From Chlamydiales bacterium (lineage in GTDB: Bacteria; Chlamydiota; Chlamydiia; Chlamydiales; JBDQID01), in the NCBI GenBank assembly GCA_047611865.1, contig JBLFWS010000031.1, positions 1 through 26,511 of the forward strand: 26,511 bases of DNA. The letters are read 5' to 3'. The notes beneath the pieces were generated by a model. That model was not told the origin of the DNA. It saw nothing but the letters and a program-made list of their open reading frames with translations, and searched no databases. Shown piece after piece: positions 1-8,150 of the stretch; positions within the stretch are counted from its first letter, which is position 1; every line of letters starts with the position of its first letter. Made by a program: the position numbers and the translations under genes.

Positions 1-222
1 ATACCTCCTTAAGAATAGGTCAGTTGAATCTGACGTCAAGGCTACCCTTCGGCTCGCTCCGCTCGGCCCTGACATCAGATTCAACTGACCAAATTTCTAA
101 GAATATCTGATTTTCGAAAAAATAATTTGGATTTTGAATTTTAACAAAAAGTGTAACCTATGTGGTTAGTGAGTGTAACCTATGTGCTTAGAGAGTTTGT
201 TACCCTTGTGCTTTACCGAACC
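1..222 (-). mobile_element. Terminus (probably left end) of an IS481-like insertion sequence; transposase presumably lies beyond the left window edge
   Basis: Three tandem copies of a (G)TGTWACCYWTGTG motif at 151-164, 173-186 and 198-210 (22-24 bp spacing), resembling the reiterated TGTTACCTATGT boxes of IS481-family ends. The RHS reading frame runs into these and stops. A perfect minus-strand SD (AAGGAGGT) sits at 3-10. The exact end (~221-224) and the family are inferred. Confidence 0.6.
18..90 (-). repeat. 24-bp inverted repeat / hairpin
   Basis: GGTCAGTTGAATCTGACGTCAAGG (18-41) vs CCCTGACATCAGATTCAACTGACC (67-90): 22/24 complementary, and both mismatches become G.U pairs on the minus strand. 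Confidence 0.9.
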
Positions 223-1546
223 GGTCTTTACCGCTGAGATTTCCGTAGCTTCCCTCCTTGAGGACGTTGCCTTTTTTGTCATAGTGAAAGGTTTGGCAGG
301 AAAGTACCTGATCATGTTTGTCACAAATCGTTTTGGCTATGAGATTTGCTTCATCCTGAGAGTTATTGGCGCCCCAGTAAAAACGCTCTATTGAGCTGAC
401 TACATGTTTCGCAGGTCTGACGTGGCAAGGAACAAAATGTTCTATACATGTCAGGCGGTGATCTGCGTTGTAGTGGTAAAGGGTCTTGTTATTGTGGCCG
501 TCGTAAACTTCCGCAGAGCCTCCTTTATCAAGAGTACAGTTGTAGAAATAGCGTGCGACAATTTCCTTTTTTTCGTTCACTCCGACAGGTGCTCTTTGGA
601 GCATAACCCTGCCAAGTAAATGCCCGCCACCCTTTGAGTTGATGATAACCGGAGTCCCTCCCACATCATTGCTGCCATAACGGTAATATTCTGTTTCGAG
701 ATAATTGCCGTCCGGGTCTCCGCTGAAAATCACCCGGGATTCTTCATCGTATTTGTAATGTACATCGGGTTTATCGGAGGAAACAACTTTTGTTAGCTGT
801 AGTTGCGGATGGTTGAATTCATATCGGACAAATTTCCCATTGTCCGCTTCGAAAGACACTTGTCGAGGTACGCCTTTTTTCAGATCGAGTTAAAAGGTAT
901 TGTCAAAACAGTGAATTTCGTGAAAAGTGTGACGGCCTTTTCTATGCCCAAAGATCATTTTAATTAATTTCCCGTATGGATCATAGAGATAGGAAACTTT
1001 ATTCCCTGATGGCTTTGTTTCGTAGTGCAGGCGTGGACCGGAAGCATACTCATGTGAATTAGGCAAAAGGGTGCGAGGCCAGTTTTTAAAGAATCGTTCT
1101 CCTCCGTCTCCTCGAATAATTTTTTGCCCGACTCCAAAAGGATTGTCTTGATAATTTTTCAAGTTTGTTCGTCCACTGATCTCCCCGGAGGCGCAGTTTG
1201 TCAGACCTTTGTAGTTCTTACCTAAGATAAAGGCCCCTGTGGAGTCAAATTCAGGCTCGCGATAACTGTGATTGGAAAACCATCCATAACCCAGGCTCCC
1301 GAAGCATTTATAGGCATTCGAATAAAAACGGTTGAAATCCAGAGGCTCGGGACCGTCCAAAACAAGGTCATTGCTGTTTTCGCAATAATCGCCGGTAATG
1401 ATATTAACGCTTCCGTTCACTATGGCGCCGGGCACGTTGTTCATAGTAAAAACGGGAGTAGAAGGAGCGTCAGAGTAGATGTCAAAGTTCCTGGCTAGAC
1501 ATAAGACAATGAGGAAACAAAAACGCAGGGTGATTTTCATATTCAA
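200..1546 (-). pseudogene. RHS/YD-repeat protein (signal peptide + DUF6531-like N-terminus), interrupted by an in-frame TAA and truncated at the 3' end
   Basis: ORFs 890-1546 and 200-859 are in the same frame, separated by TAA at 890-892 plus 10 sense codons. N-terminal hydrophobic signal; VNIITGDY...DLVLDGPEPLDFNRFYSN...GSLGYGW; repeated YxYD motifs (YLYDPYGKL, YKYDEESRV, YHYNADHRL, FHYDKKGNV). No RHS core terminus is present. Confidence 0.85.
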
Positions 1547-1747
1547 TTTTTGTAAGAGTTTGATACATATAGGTTTGAAAACACAGATATACTTTCATAC
1601 ATTGCAGATATTCCGCAATGGAATAAGTTAAAATAAGTTAAAAGTGCTTTGTTGTTCTGAAAATTTCTTTTAAAAGCCTTTGAAATCATCTAATAATTTG
1701 GGCTATATACGAGTGCAGCAGCGAATAGCAACCGGGGTATCAAGGGA

Positions 1748-2353
1748 ATGATGGTAAAGACTCAAGAGCAGAACTCAGCCAGGGAACAAGTGAAAAGTTT
1801 TCTACTTGTGATTTTCACTGCTGTAGCATCTGCAACGGCATTTGTTTTTTTTCTGGTATACTATTATGGTCCAGAGGGGAGCTATGTCCCCAAAAACATC
1901 CTCCTTTCTCCTGAAGTGATGGAAAGCCTTAGCTATACGGATGTGGACAGAGGGTCAGGTCTCTCTTCCCGATACATTTTTGACAAAATTGATTTCCTTT
2001 ATTTTGACAAATATGAAGGAAAGTGGACTCAAGGGGAAGTTGACAGATTGGATTACGCTTCTTTCTATGGCATGATTGCTAATACAAAAAGTATCGTTGG
2101 TGATGAGGCTGAATTATCTGGAGCCTTCGCTGGGTATGGTCAGGCTTCTTTACTTTTACATGTGATTCCAAAAAATACTTTAGCTTCAGGAAAAGAGGGC
2201 AGAAAGGTCTTTCAGGAAGTACACTTTGCTTCAGATAGTGATCTATTTCGTATTGAACTCCACAGTGAGAAGATGGGCGGAGGATGGGTGTATTTCCGTT
2301 ACCCAAACATCTACTCAGAGGTAACAAGACGGTTTGTTCAAAAAAATGAGTGA
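1748..2353 (+). CDS. Hypothetical protein with one N-terminal transmembrane helix
   Basis: 201-aa ORF with hydrophobic stretch FLLVIFTAVASATAFVFFLVYYYG; its stop overlaps the phnP start. Confidence 0.8.
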   Translation: MMVKTQEQNSAREQVKSFLLVIFTAVASATAFVFFLVYYYGPEGSYVPKNILLSPEVMESLSYTDVDRGSGLSSRYIFDKIDFLYFDKYEGKWTQGEVDRLDYASFYGMIANTKSIVGDEAELSGAFAGYGQASLLLHVIPKNTLASGKEGRKVFQEVHFASDSDLFRIELHSEKMGGGWVYFRYPNIYSEVTRRFVQKNE

Positions 2354-3149
2354 TTCAGGGAAACTTTTATTTTTAGGTTCTGGGGGATCAATGGGTGTCC
2401 CTATGGTTGGCTGCCGCTGTGATGTCTGCACGTCCACAAATCTCCGTAATAAACGACTGAGACCCTCAGCTCTTATCAGTGTCGGAGAAAAAAAACTTCT
2501 CATCGATGTAGGTTTCGATTTTCGTCAGCAGGCTTTAAACAGCAATTTAAACTGTGTAGATGGTGTTCTTTTTACTCACGTCCACGCTGATCACATAGCA
2601 GGAATTGATGATCTTCGAGCTTTTTACTTCTTTAGTAGAGAGGCTACAAAGTGTTTAGCATCTGAGGCGGCCTATAGAGATTTAAGAATTCGTTATTACT
2701 ATCTTTTCGGTGGTAATGGCGGAATGCCTGTTACAAGTAGTAATATTACGGCTCAACTGGATTTTGAGGTTTTAGAGAATAGCCGTGGTGAGGTAGAATT
2801 TGTGGGAGTTCCCATTCGTTACTTCACCTATCATCAAGGTAAAATGCCCGTTACGGGCTTCCGATTTGGCGAACTTGCCTACGTGACCGATATTTACGAA
2901 TACCCGGAGTCTATTTTTGAAGATCTGGAAGGAGTGAAGACCCTTATCGTTAGCGCTGCGCAATATACCAAAAGTAAAATTCATTTTTGCGTCGAGGACG
3001 CAATAAGCTTCTCTAAGAGAGTAGGGCCTGAAAAGACGTGGCTTAACCACATTACACATGGTATAGACCATGATAAGGGCAATGCTTACCTTCCCTCAGG
3101 AATGGAGTTTAGCTATGATGGATTGGAAATTGACTTCCTTATGCATTGA
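2346..3149 (+). CDS. phnP: MBL-fold metallo-hydrolase, PhnP-like phosphodiesterase
   Basis: FLGSGGSMGVP, CxCxxC, THxHxDH (THVHADH), YVTD and LNHITH motifs. ATG at 2346 is preferred over TTG at 2334. Confidence 0.9.
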   Translation: MSDSGKLLFLGSGGSMGVPMVGCRCDVCTSTNLRNKRLRPSALISVGEKKLLIDVGFDFRQQALNSNLNCVDGVLFTHVHADHIAGIDDLRAFYFFSREATKCLASEAAYRDLRIRYYYLFGGNGGMPVTSSNITAQLDFEVLENSRGEVEFVGVPIRYFTYHQGKMPVTGFRFGELAYVTDIYEYPESIFEDLEGVKTLIVSAAQYTKSKIHFCVEDAISFSKRVGPEKTWLNHITHGIDHDKGNAYLPSGMEFSYDGLEIDFLMH

Positions 3150-3163
3150 AAAAGTAGAGTCTC

Positions 3164-4489
3164 ATGACAGAAGAAAATAAAATAAGTGATAAAGAAGAAT
3201 ATTTTGAAGAAGAAAAGCGGCCATCTAAAGCTCTTTTGATAGGGGTATATACCCATAAAGATCATAAAGATACCTGTGTAGAGCACCTCGAAGAGCTGGA
3301 AAGACTCACAGATACTTACGGTTTCATTACTTTGGAAAAAGTTCCCATCTTTTTGAGGAAATTCGAAGCGTCCACATTTCTGACAAAAGGTAAGATGGAA
3401 GAAATGCAGGAGCTGGCAAAATCTCTCGATGTGAATGTCGTAATTTTCGATGACGAAATACAGCCGAGTCAACAACGGAATCTGGAAGAAGTTTTTGAAC
3501 GAACTGTTATGGACCGCACAGAGGTGATACTGGAAGTCTTTGGGCAACGTGCTCAGACAAAAGAAGCTCAAATTCAAATCAAGCTAGCTAAAGTTCGCTA
3601 TCAATTTCCTCGTCTAAAAAGATTGTGGACGCACTTGGAAAGACAGGCTGGTGGTGGGTCAGGTGGTGTTTTCCTAAAAGGTATGGGTGAAAAGCAGATC
3701 GAAATTGACCGTCGTCTTCTTAATTCAGAGGCCCGAAAACTTGAAAGAGCTCTTAAGGAAATCAAAGTCCACCGTGAAACTCAAAGACAGGATCGTGTTA
3801 GAACCGGAATTCCTACCTTCGCGATCGTTGGCTACACTAACGCGGGTAAATCCACCCTTTTGAACGCATTAACAGATGCTGAAGTTTTTGTAGAAGATAA
3901 GTTATTTGCGACTTTGGATACTACTACCAGAAAGTTTACTTTGCCGAACAAGCAAGACATCCTCTTGGTGGATACAGTAGGATTCATTCGTAAATTACCT
4001 CATACTCTTGTAGCTGCTTTCAGAAGTACTTTGGAAGAAGCTGTACAGACAGATGTCCTACTGCACCTGATTGATGTCAGCCACCCGATGGTTTTGGAGC
4101 AGGTCGCTGCCACAGAAGAAGTTCTAAAAGAACTTAAGGCAAGTGATAAGCCTATTATTACAGTTTTTAACAAGATAGATAAATGTGAAAACCTCGCTAT
4201 TATCGACCGATTGCGCATCAAATTCCCCAGGACTGTGCAAATCTCAGCTTTGAAACAAGAAGGTTTTGATGACCTTATGGACCTTATGGTGGAGGAGCTG
4301 AGTAAGAGGAGGGAAGTGGTGAAGATACGTGTTCCACAAAGCCAGTATGATGTAGTCAGCGAGGTGATGCGTAAGGGTAGAGTCATAAATCAGGACTATG
4401 AAGAAAACGATGTTCTTATGACAGTGGAAATGTCTAGTGAATTGAAAGGGCGGGTCGAAGAATATATAATTCCCTCTCAGCCTGTGTAA
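3164..4489 (+). CDS. hflX: Ribosome-associated GTPase HflX
   Basis: GYTNAGKST P-loop, DKLFATLD, DTVGF, NKID, and glycine-rich GxGEKQIEIDRR segment. Confidence 0.97.
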   Translation: MTEENKISDKEEYFEEEKRPSKALLIGVYTHKDHKDTCVEHLEELERLTDTYGFITLEKVPIFLRKFEASTFLTKGKMEEMQELAKSLDVNVVIFDDEIQPSQQRNLEEVFERTVMDRTEVILEVFGQRAQTKEAQIQIKLAKVRYQFPRLKRLWTHLERQAGGGSGGVFLKGMGEKQIEIDRRLLNSEARKLERALKEIKVHRETQRQDRVRTGIPTFAIVGYTNAGKSTLLNALTDAEVFVEDKLFATLDTTTRKFTLPNKQDILLVDTVGFIRKLPHTLVAAFRSTLEEAVQTDVLLHLIDVSHPMVLEQVAATEEVLKELKASDKPIITVFNKIDKCENLAIIDRLRIKFPRTVQISALKQEGFDDLMDLMVEELSKRREVVKIRVPQSQYDVVSEVMRKGRVINQDYEENDVLMTVEMSSELKGRVEEYIIPSQPV

Positions 4490-4561
4490 GATGAGCTATT
4501 ACTATAAAGTTTTCTGCATAGAGAAATTTCTCTAAATGGATTTTTATCTATGTAATACAGT

Positions 4562-4596
4562 GCTCAAGCTTCTTTAGATGAAGGGCTTGGGCTTTC
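4562..4596 (+). terminator. Possible intrinsic terminator after hflX
   Basis: GCTCAAGCTT...GGGCTTGGGC ~10-bp stem with G.U pairs, followed by a short TTTCT. Confidence 0.4.
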
Positions 4597-5054
4597 TGTG
4601 ATGTTATATAGGTCGAACTTGTCCACAAGGTTTGAACCGAGACCTGTAGAGGTGTCCCTCCATAATTCAAAGAAATGAGACAGTCTCCCGGGCAATGTTT
4701 CAGGACTGTATTGAGAACAGTCGAATGTAAATTCTCTGATATTAGGATCTAGGAAACGAATTTTGGTCGGTAATTTACCTCCTTCTGTGGTAAATCGGTC
4801 ATTATAAACCTCTCATTATTACCAAATAACCTACAAACAAGAGTGGCATATACTAACTGTAGTCAATTAATCATCTCATATAGTAGTTTTTTACCACGAA
4901 CACATAATATATAGTATTAATTAGACACTTAAGTGTGCTTTTGCATGTATCTTTAAGAAATCTTTAACACACCCTCATGTAATTCTAATAAAGATATAGT
5001 AAAGTATAGTTATAAATACGTAATTATACTGTATTTTAATTTGGATGTGTAAGA

Positions 5055-7988
5055 GTGGTTAGTAAATTAAATACTTCACATATAGCTTCAGTTCCCGCTG
5101 TTATGGGGCAGAAGTCCCCGGGAAAGAGCGGAGCTGTGAGCAGTGCCCAAACAGTACTCAGTATGAGTGAATCTCCTATAGAGTCTCCTGCTGTGGTGGA
5201 TCGGGATATTAAACCCGTAAAATCGAGTTGGACGGGTGCTATAGCTGATCGCATCAGTGGTGCTTTTTCTTGGGCCGGTTCTACGGCGTATACTACCGGT
5301 TCAGCAATTGTAGGAACTTCTAAGCAAGTCGTTTCTTCTGCTGTGAATGTTGTAGACACTTCCTTAGGTACAGAAAAGGGTTATCTCAATCGAACAGGGC
5401 AAGTAATATTTACTTCAGCTGCCACCGAAAGTGGCTACCTCCATCGCGCTGGAAAAGCAGTATGTTCTTCTGCAACTACAGAGAACGGTTATCTCTATCG
5501 GAGTGGTCAAGTAATACACAGTTCTGCAACGACAGAAAATGGTTACATCAATAGAGCTAGAAATACTTTACTTCCTTCTGAGGTAACGAAGGGAAAGGAA
5601 CCTGAACCAACGTGGAGAAAAGTACAAGCGTCTGTCGTTAAGGAAGACGGTTGGTTGCGTTGGGTAGGAAAAAAAGCTAAGTCTTTCGCAGAGTGTTTTC
5701 CCAAAACCTTGAAGTATACAGTCGATGCTACTGATAGAGGCTTGTTCCAAGGACGGAGGAATGAACAGCAAGCGCAAATGGTCAGATTAAGAAAAGAGGT
5801 CGGTGAGGACTCAGCGCAATTTTGTGAAACATTGGGAGAATGGACAAAGGCATACATACCTAATTTAGTGCATGGAAAAGATCCTATATTTTCTTCAGAT
5901 GGTTCAAGTCTTGATGAGCAGACTGTTAAAATGGCTATAGGAGTGGCTCATGACTCTGGCTTGATTGAGCGGACAGTTGATTATGAGCACGCCCTATTAA
6001 ATGGATTTTCGAATGGAAAAAAAGTATTAGATGACTTTACTCCCGATCAAGTGACCAAATTATTAGCTGACACTACTGCAGGTTTCGTAAAAGATGATAA
6101 AGCCCTTCAAAAAGGATTTCGGAAGAGGCGTTTTTCTTCCGAAGATGCAAAGAAAATTGCTATATTTAGAGAATATGAAAAAAAAGGTAAATTGCCAAAG
6201 GGCTTTCCTAAAACAAAGGTCTTAACAGAAGCTAATTTGGATGATGAGTTAGACAAAGCTTTGAAGTTATACCTCCATGATTTTTGCAATGGCTTACTTA
6301 AGGTTCTTTTACCAAAAGAGGAAAAGGGTGTTGGAATATGGGAAGCTCCTCTACTTGAAAAAATAGGCAAATTAGATTGGTGCTTGAGTAATGGTTATAC
6401 TGCAGCAAAAGATAATATCCTCATTCCTATTCTTCAGAACCTTCTAGGAGGGCTCGTTGTAGATCAATTCACAAAGAAACACGACTGTAACCTCATGATG
6501 ATGAAGATTATTGGGTTAGATGTTACAGATCTTGAGATGCATGGTTTTGGTTTGGGAAAAACAGATAATGTGGAAAGAGTTGCTGAAAAGATGATGGCAG
6601 AATTCGTTCGTGATGGATCTAGTAATGAAGTAATAGATAAAATACTTAAAGAATCAAAATTGGAGAAGGTTAGTGAACAAGGTCCCAGGGCAGCTTTAAG
6701 GACTAAAGAAGAAGCAAACAAAAGGTTAAAAGCACAGATTGTTCACATATTGAGAAAAAATATGTACGGCGTTAGTACGAAAAAGTGCAAAGCGAAAAGA
6801 ACCTGGTTTACGCCGATTAAGGAAGCTTATAAAGCATTTCGACACAAAATAAGGGCCTTACCGATTATTGGATGGGTTTATCGAGGAATCGAGAATACCT
6901 ATCACACCATTAAGTTTGGGCTAAGCTATTTTATGTGCTTGCTTCTTGGCAAAGATAAACCCGCAATTGGAGACTGGGCGAAAAAAACGCTATCAGGTAG
7001 TAGACTTGCAGAGAGTATTGCTGACAACTCTATGGAGACTTTACATAACCCAGCAAACAGAGTTCTTTTCTTGCGCCTTCTTGAAGACTTAAAAAATGAA
7101 TTAGTAAGTAGAAGTGAAGAAATTCATGAGCAGGAAAAATTAGGGCTTAAAGGAAAGAATCGTTCAGGCACTCTTCCTGTGAAACCAATAGCTAGATACG
7201 ATTTTTCAGCTTCCGCAGAGCCTATAGGGAGAATCGCCGATCATTATTTTCCAAGAATATTCCCCCGCTTTGTTGCGAAACCTATTCAAAAGGTGACGAG
7301 GTTTTTAAATAAAGTCTTTAGATGGAAGAAGGCTAATTTAAAGACCATTGCGGGTAATGCGGTAGTCGACAAGCTCAATGATACAATAGAATCTTCTACT
7401 TTTGACCTGATAGGTAGGTCTCTTCAAATGGCTCAGCCATGTTTAGATGAAAGTAGAATTGGAATGAAGTTGGCAGCGGCATTTAAAAAGCGAGGTGTAG
7501 ACCACCCAAACCTGGATCAAGTCATAGCTAATAAATTATGCATGTTTGTTGAAGGATATGTTAGTAATATTGGTGAAGAGCTTTATTTGAAAGAGCTTTG
7601 CCAAAAAGGGTATGACCCACTGCATCATAATTTTGAGACTGTTAAAAAATGTGGATTTGAAGATTTAATGTCCTATGAGGACTACATGAACAGTGCTGCA
7701 GTATTAAGGAACCAAGGAGAAGCTCTCTTTTTGGTGGCTTTGAAAGATCAGGGATTTTCCCCTCAAGATAAAGACTTTAAACTGGTAAAAAAACTTGGTT
7801 TCGGAACGATTCGCCCTTCTGGATCAAAGAGTGCGTATGAGAGCTTCATGGAAGTAAGAGCTTATAAAGGGACATACTATGAAACCTATAGAAGAGAAGT
7901 CCTGAATAAATTACTTGCTCTTTCTGATGACCCCAAAGAAATGATGGCAAGGATTCTTGAGGGGCCGCAAAGAAATAACAAGCTCTAG
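5055..7988 (+). CDS. Large hypothetical protein (977 aa), candidate secreted effector; paralog of 8151-10074
   Basis: Long ORF with Ser/Thr/Pro-rich N-terminus, 4 x 18-aa repeats, 2 x ~48-aa C-terminal repeats and a mostly helical-looking core. No family recognised. Confidence 0.85.
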   Translation: MVSKLNTSHIASVPAVMGQKSPGKSGAVSSAQTVLSMSESPIESPAVVDRDIKPVKSSWTGAIADRISGAFSWAGSTAYTTGSAIVGTSKQVVSSAVNVVDTSLGTEKGYLNRTGQVIFTSAATESGYLHRAGKAVCSSATTENGYLYRSGQVIHSSATTENGYINRARNTLLPSEVTKGKEPEPTWRKVQASVVKEDGWLRWVGKKAKSFAECFPKTLKYTVDATDRGLFQGRRNEQQAQMVRLRKEVGEDSAQFCETLGEWTKAYIPNLVHGKDPIFSSDGSSLDEQTVKMAIGVAHDSGLIERTVDYEHALLNGFSNGKKVLDDFTPDQVTKLLADTTAGFVKDDKALQKGFRKRRFSSEDAKKIAIFREYEKKGKLPKGFPKTKVLTEANLDDELDKALKLYLHDFCNGLLKVLLPKEEKGVGIWEAPLLEKIGKLDWCLSNGYTAAKDNILIPILQNLLGGLVVDQFTKKHDCNLMMMKIIGLDVTDLEMHGFGLGKTDNVERVAEKMMAEFVRDGSSNEVIDKILKESKLEKVSEQGPRAALRTKEEANKRLKAQIVHILRKNMYGVSTKKCKAKRTWFTPIKEAYKAFRHKIRALPIIGWVYRGIENTYHTIKFGLSYFMCLLLGKDKPAIGDWAKKTLSGSRLAESIADNSMETLHNPANRVLFLRLLEDLKNELVSRSEEIHEQEKLGLKGKNRSGTLPVKPIARYDFSASAEPIGRIADHYFPRIFPRFVAKPIQKVTRFLNKVFRWKKANLKTIAGNAVVDKLNDTIESSTFDLIGRSLQMAQPCLDESRIGMKLAAAFKKRGVDHPNLDQVIANKLCMFVEGYVSNIGEELYLKELCQKGYDPLHHNFETVKKCGFEDLMSYEDYMNSAAVLRNQGEALFLVALKDQGFSPQDKDFKLVKKLGFGTIRPSGSKSAYESFMEVRAYKGTYYETYRREVLNKLLALSDDPKEMMARILEGPQRNNKL
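5370..5558 (+). repeat. 54-nt (18-aa) intragenic tandem repeat, ~3.5 copies
   Basis: TEKGYLNRTGQVIFTSAA / TESGYLHRAGKAVCSSAT / TENGYLYRSGQVIHSSAT / TENGYINRA, starting at 5370, 5424, 5478 and 5532. Confidence 0.9.
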
Positions 7989-8150
7989 GAATTCTAAGGA
8001 AGCATTAATAAATAACTTGGTCTTTTTGGAGCGCTTCAGCATCTTATCTGCTCTTTTCCTGAAAATCAAATGATTCTAAAATTTCTTATTGATAATAATT
8101 TCATAACACTGTGATTCTGCGGATTTCTGTATCCAACAGCGAGGGCTGAA

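Noticed and set aside
151..210. Short direct repeats as a possible CRISPR array
   Set aside because: The repeats are only ~14 bp with 8-11 bp gaps, and there are no cas genes; they fit IS terminal boxes better.
1622..1643. Tandem AATAAGTTAA x2 in the divergent promoter region
   Set aside because: Short, AT-rich and only two copies; no known operator match I can support.
4619..4627. TTGTCCACA, DnaA-box-like
   Set aside because: Single imperfect box with no cluster; no support for an origin.
4925..4936. Perfect 12-bp palindrome ACACTTAAGTGT upstream of the large effector-like gene
   Set aside because: Single occurrence in AT-rich DNA; cannot be distinguished from chance.
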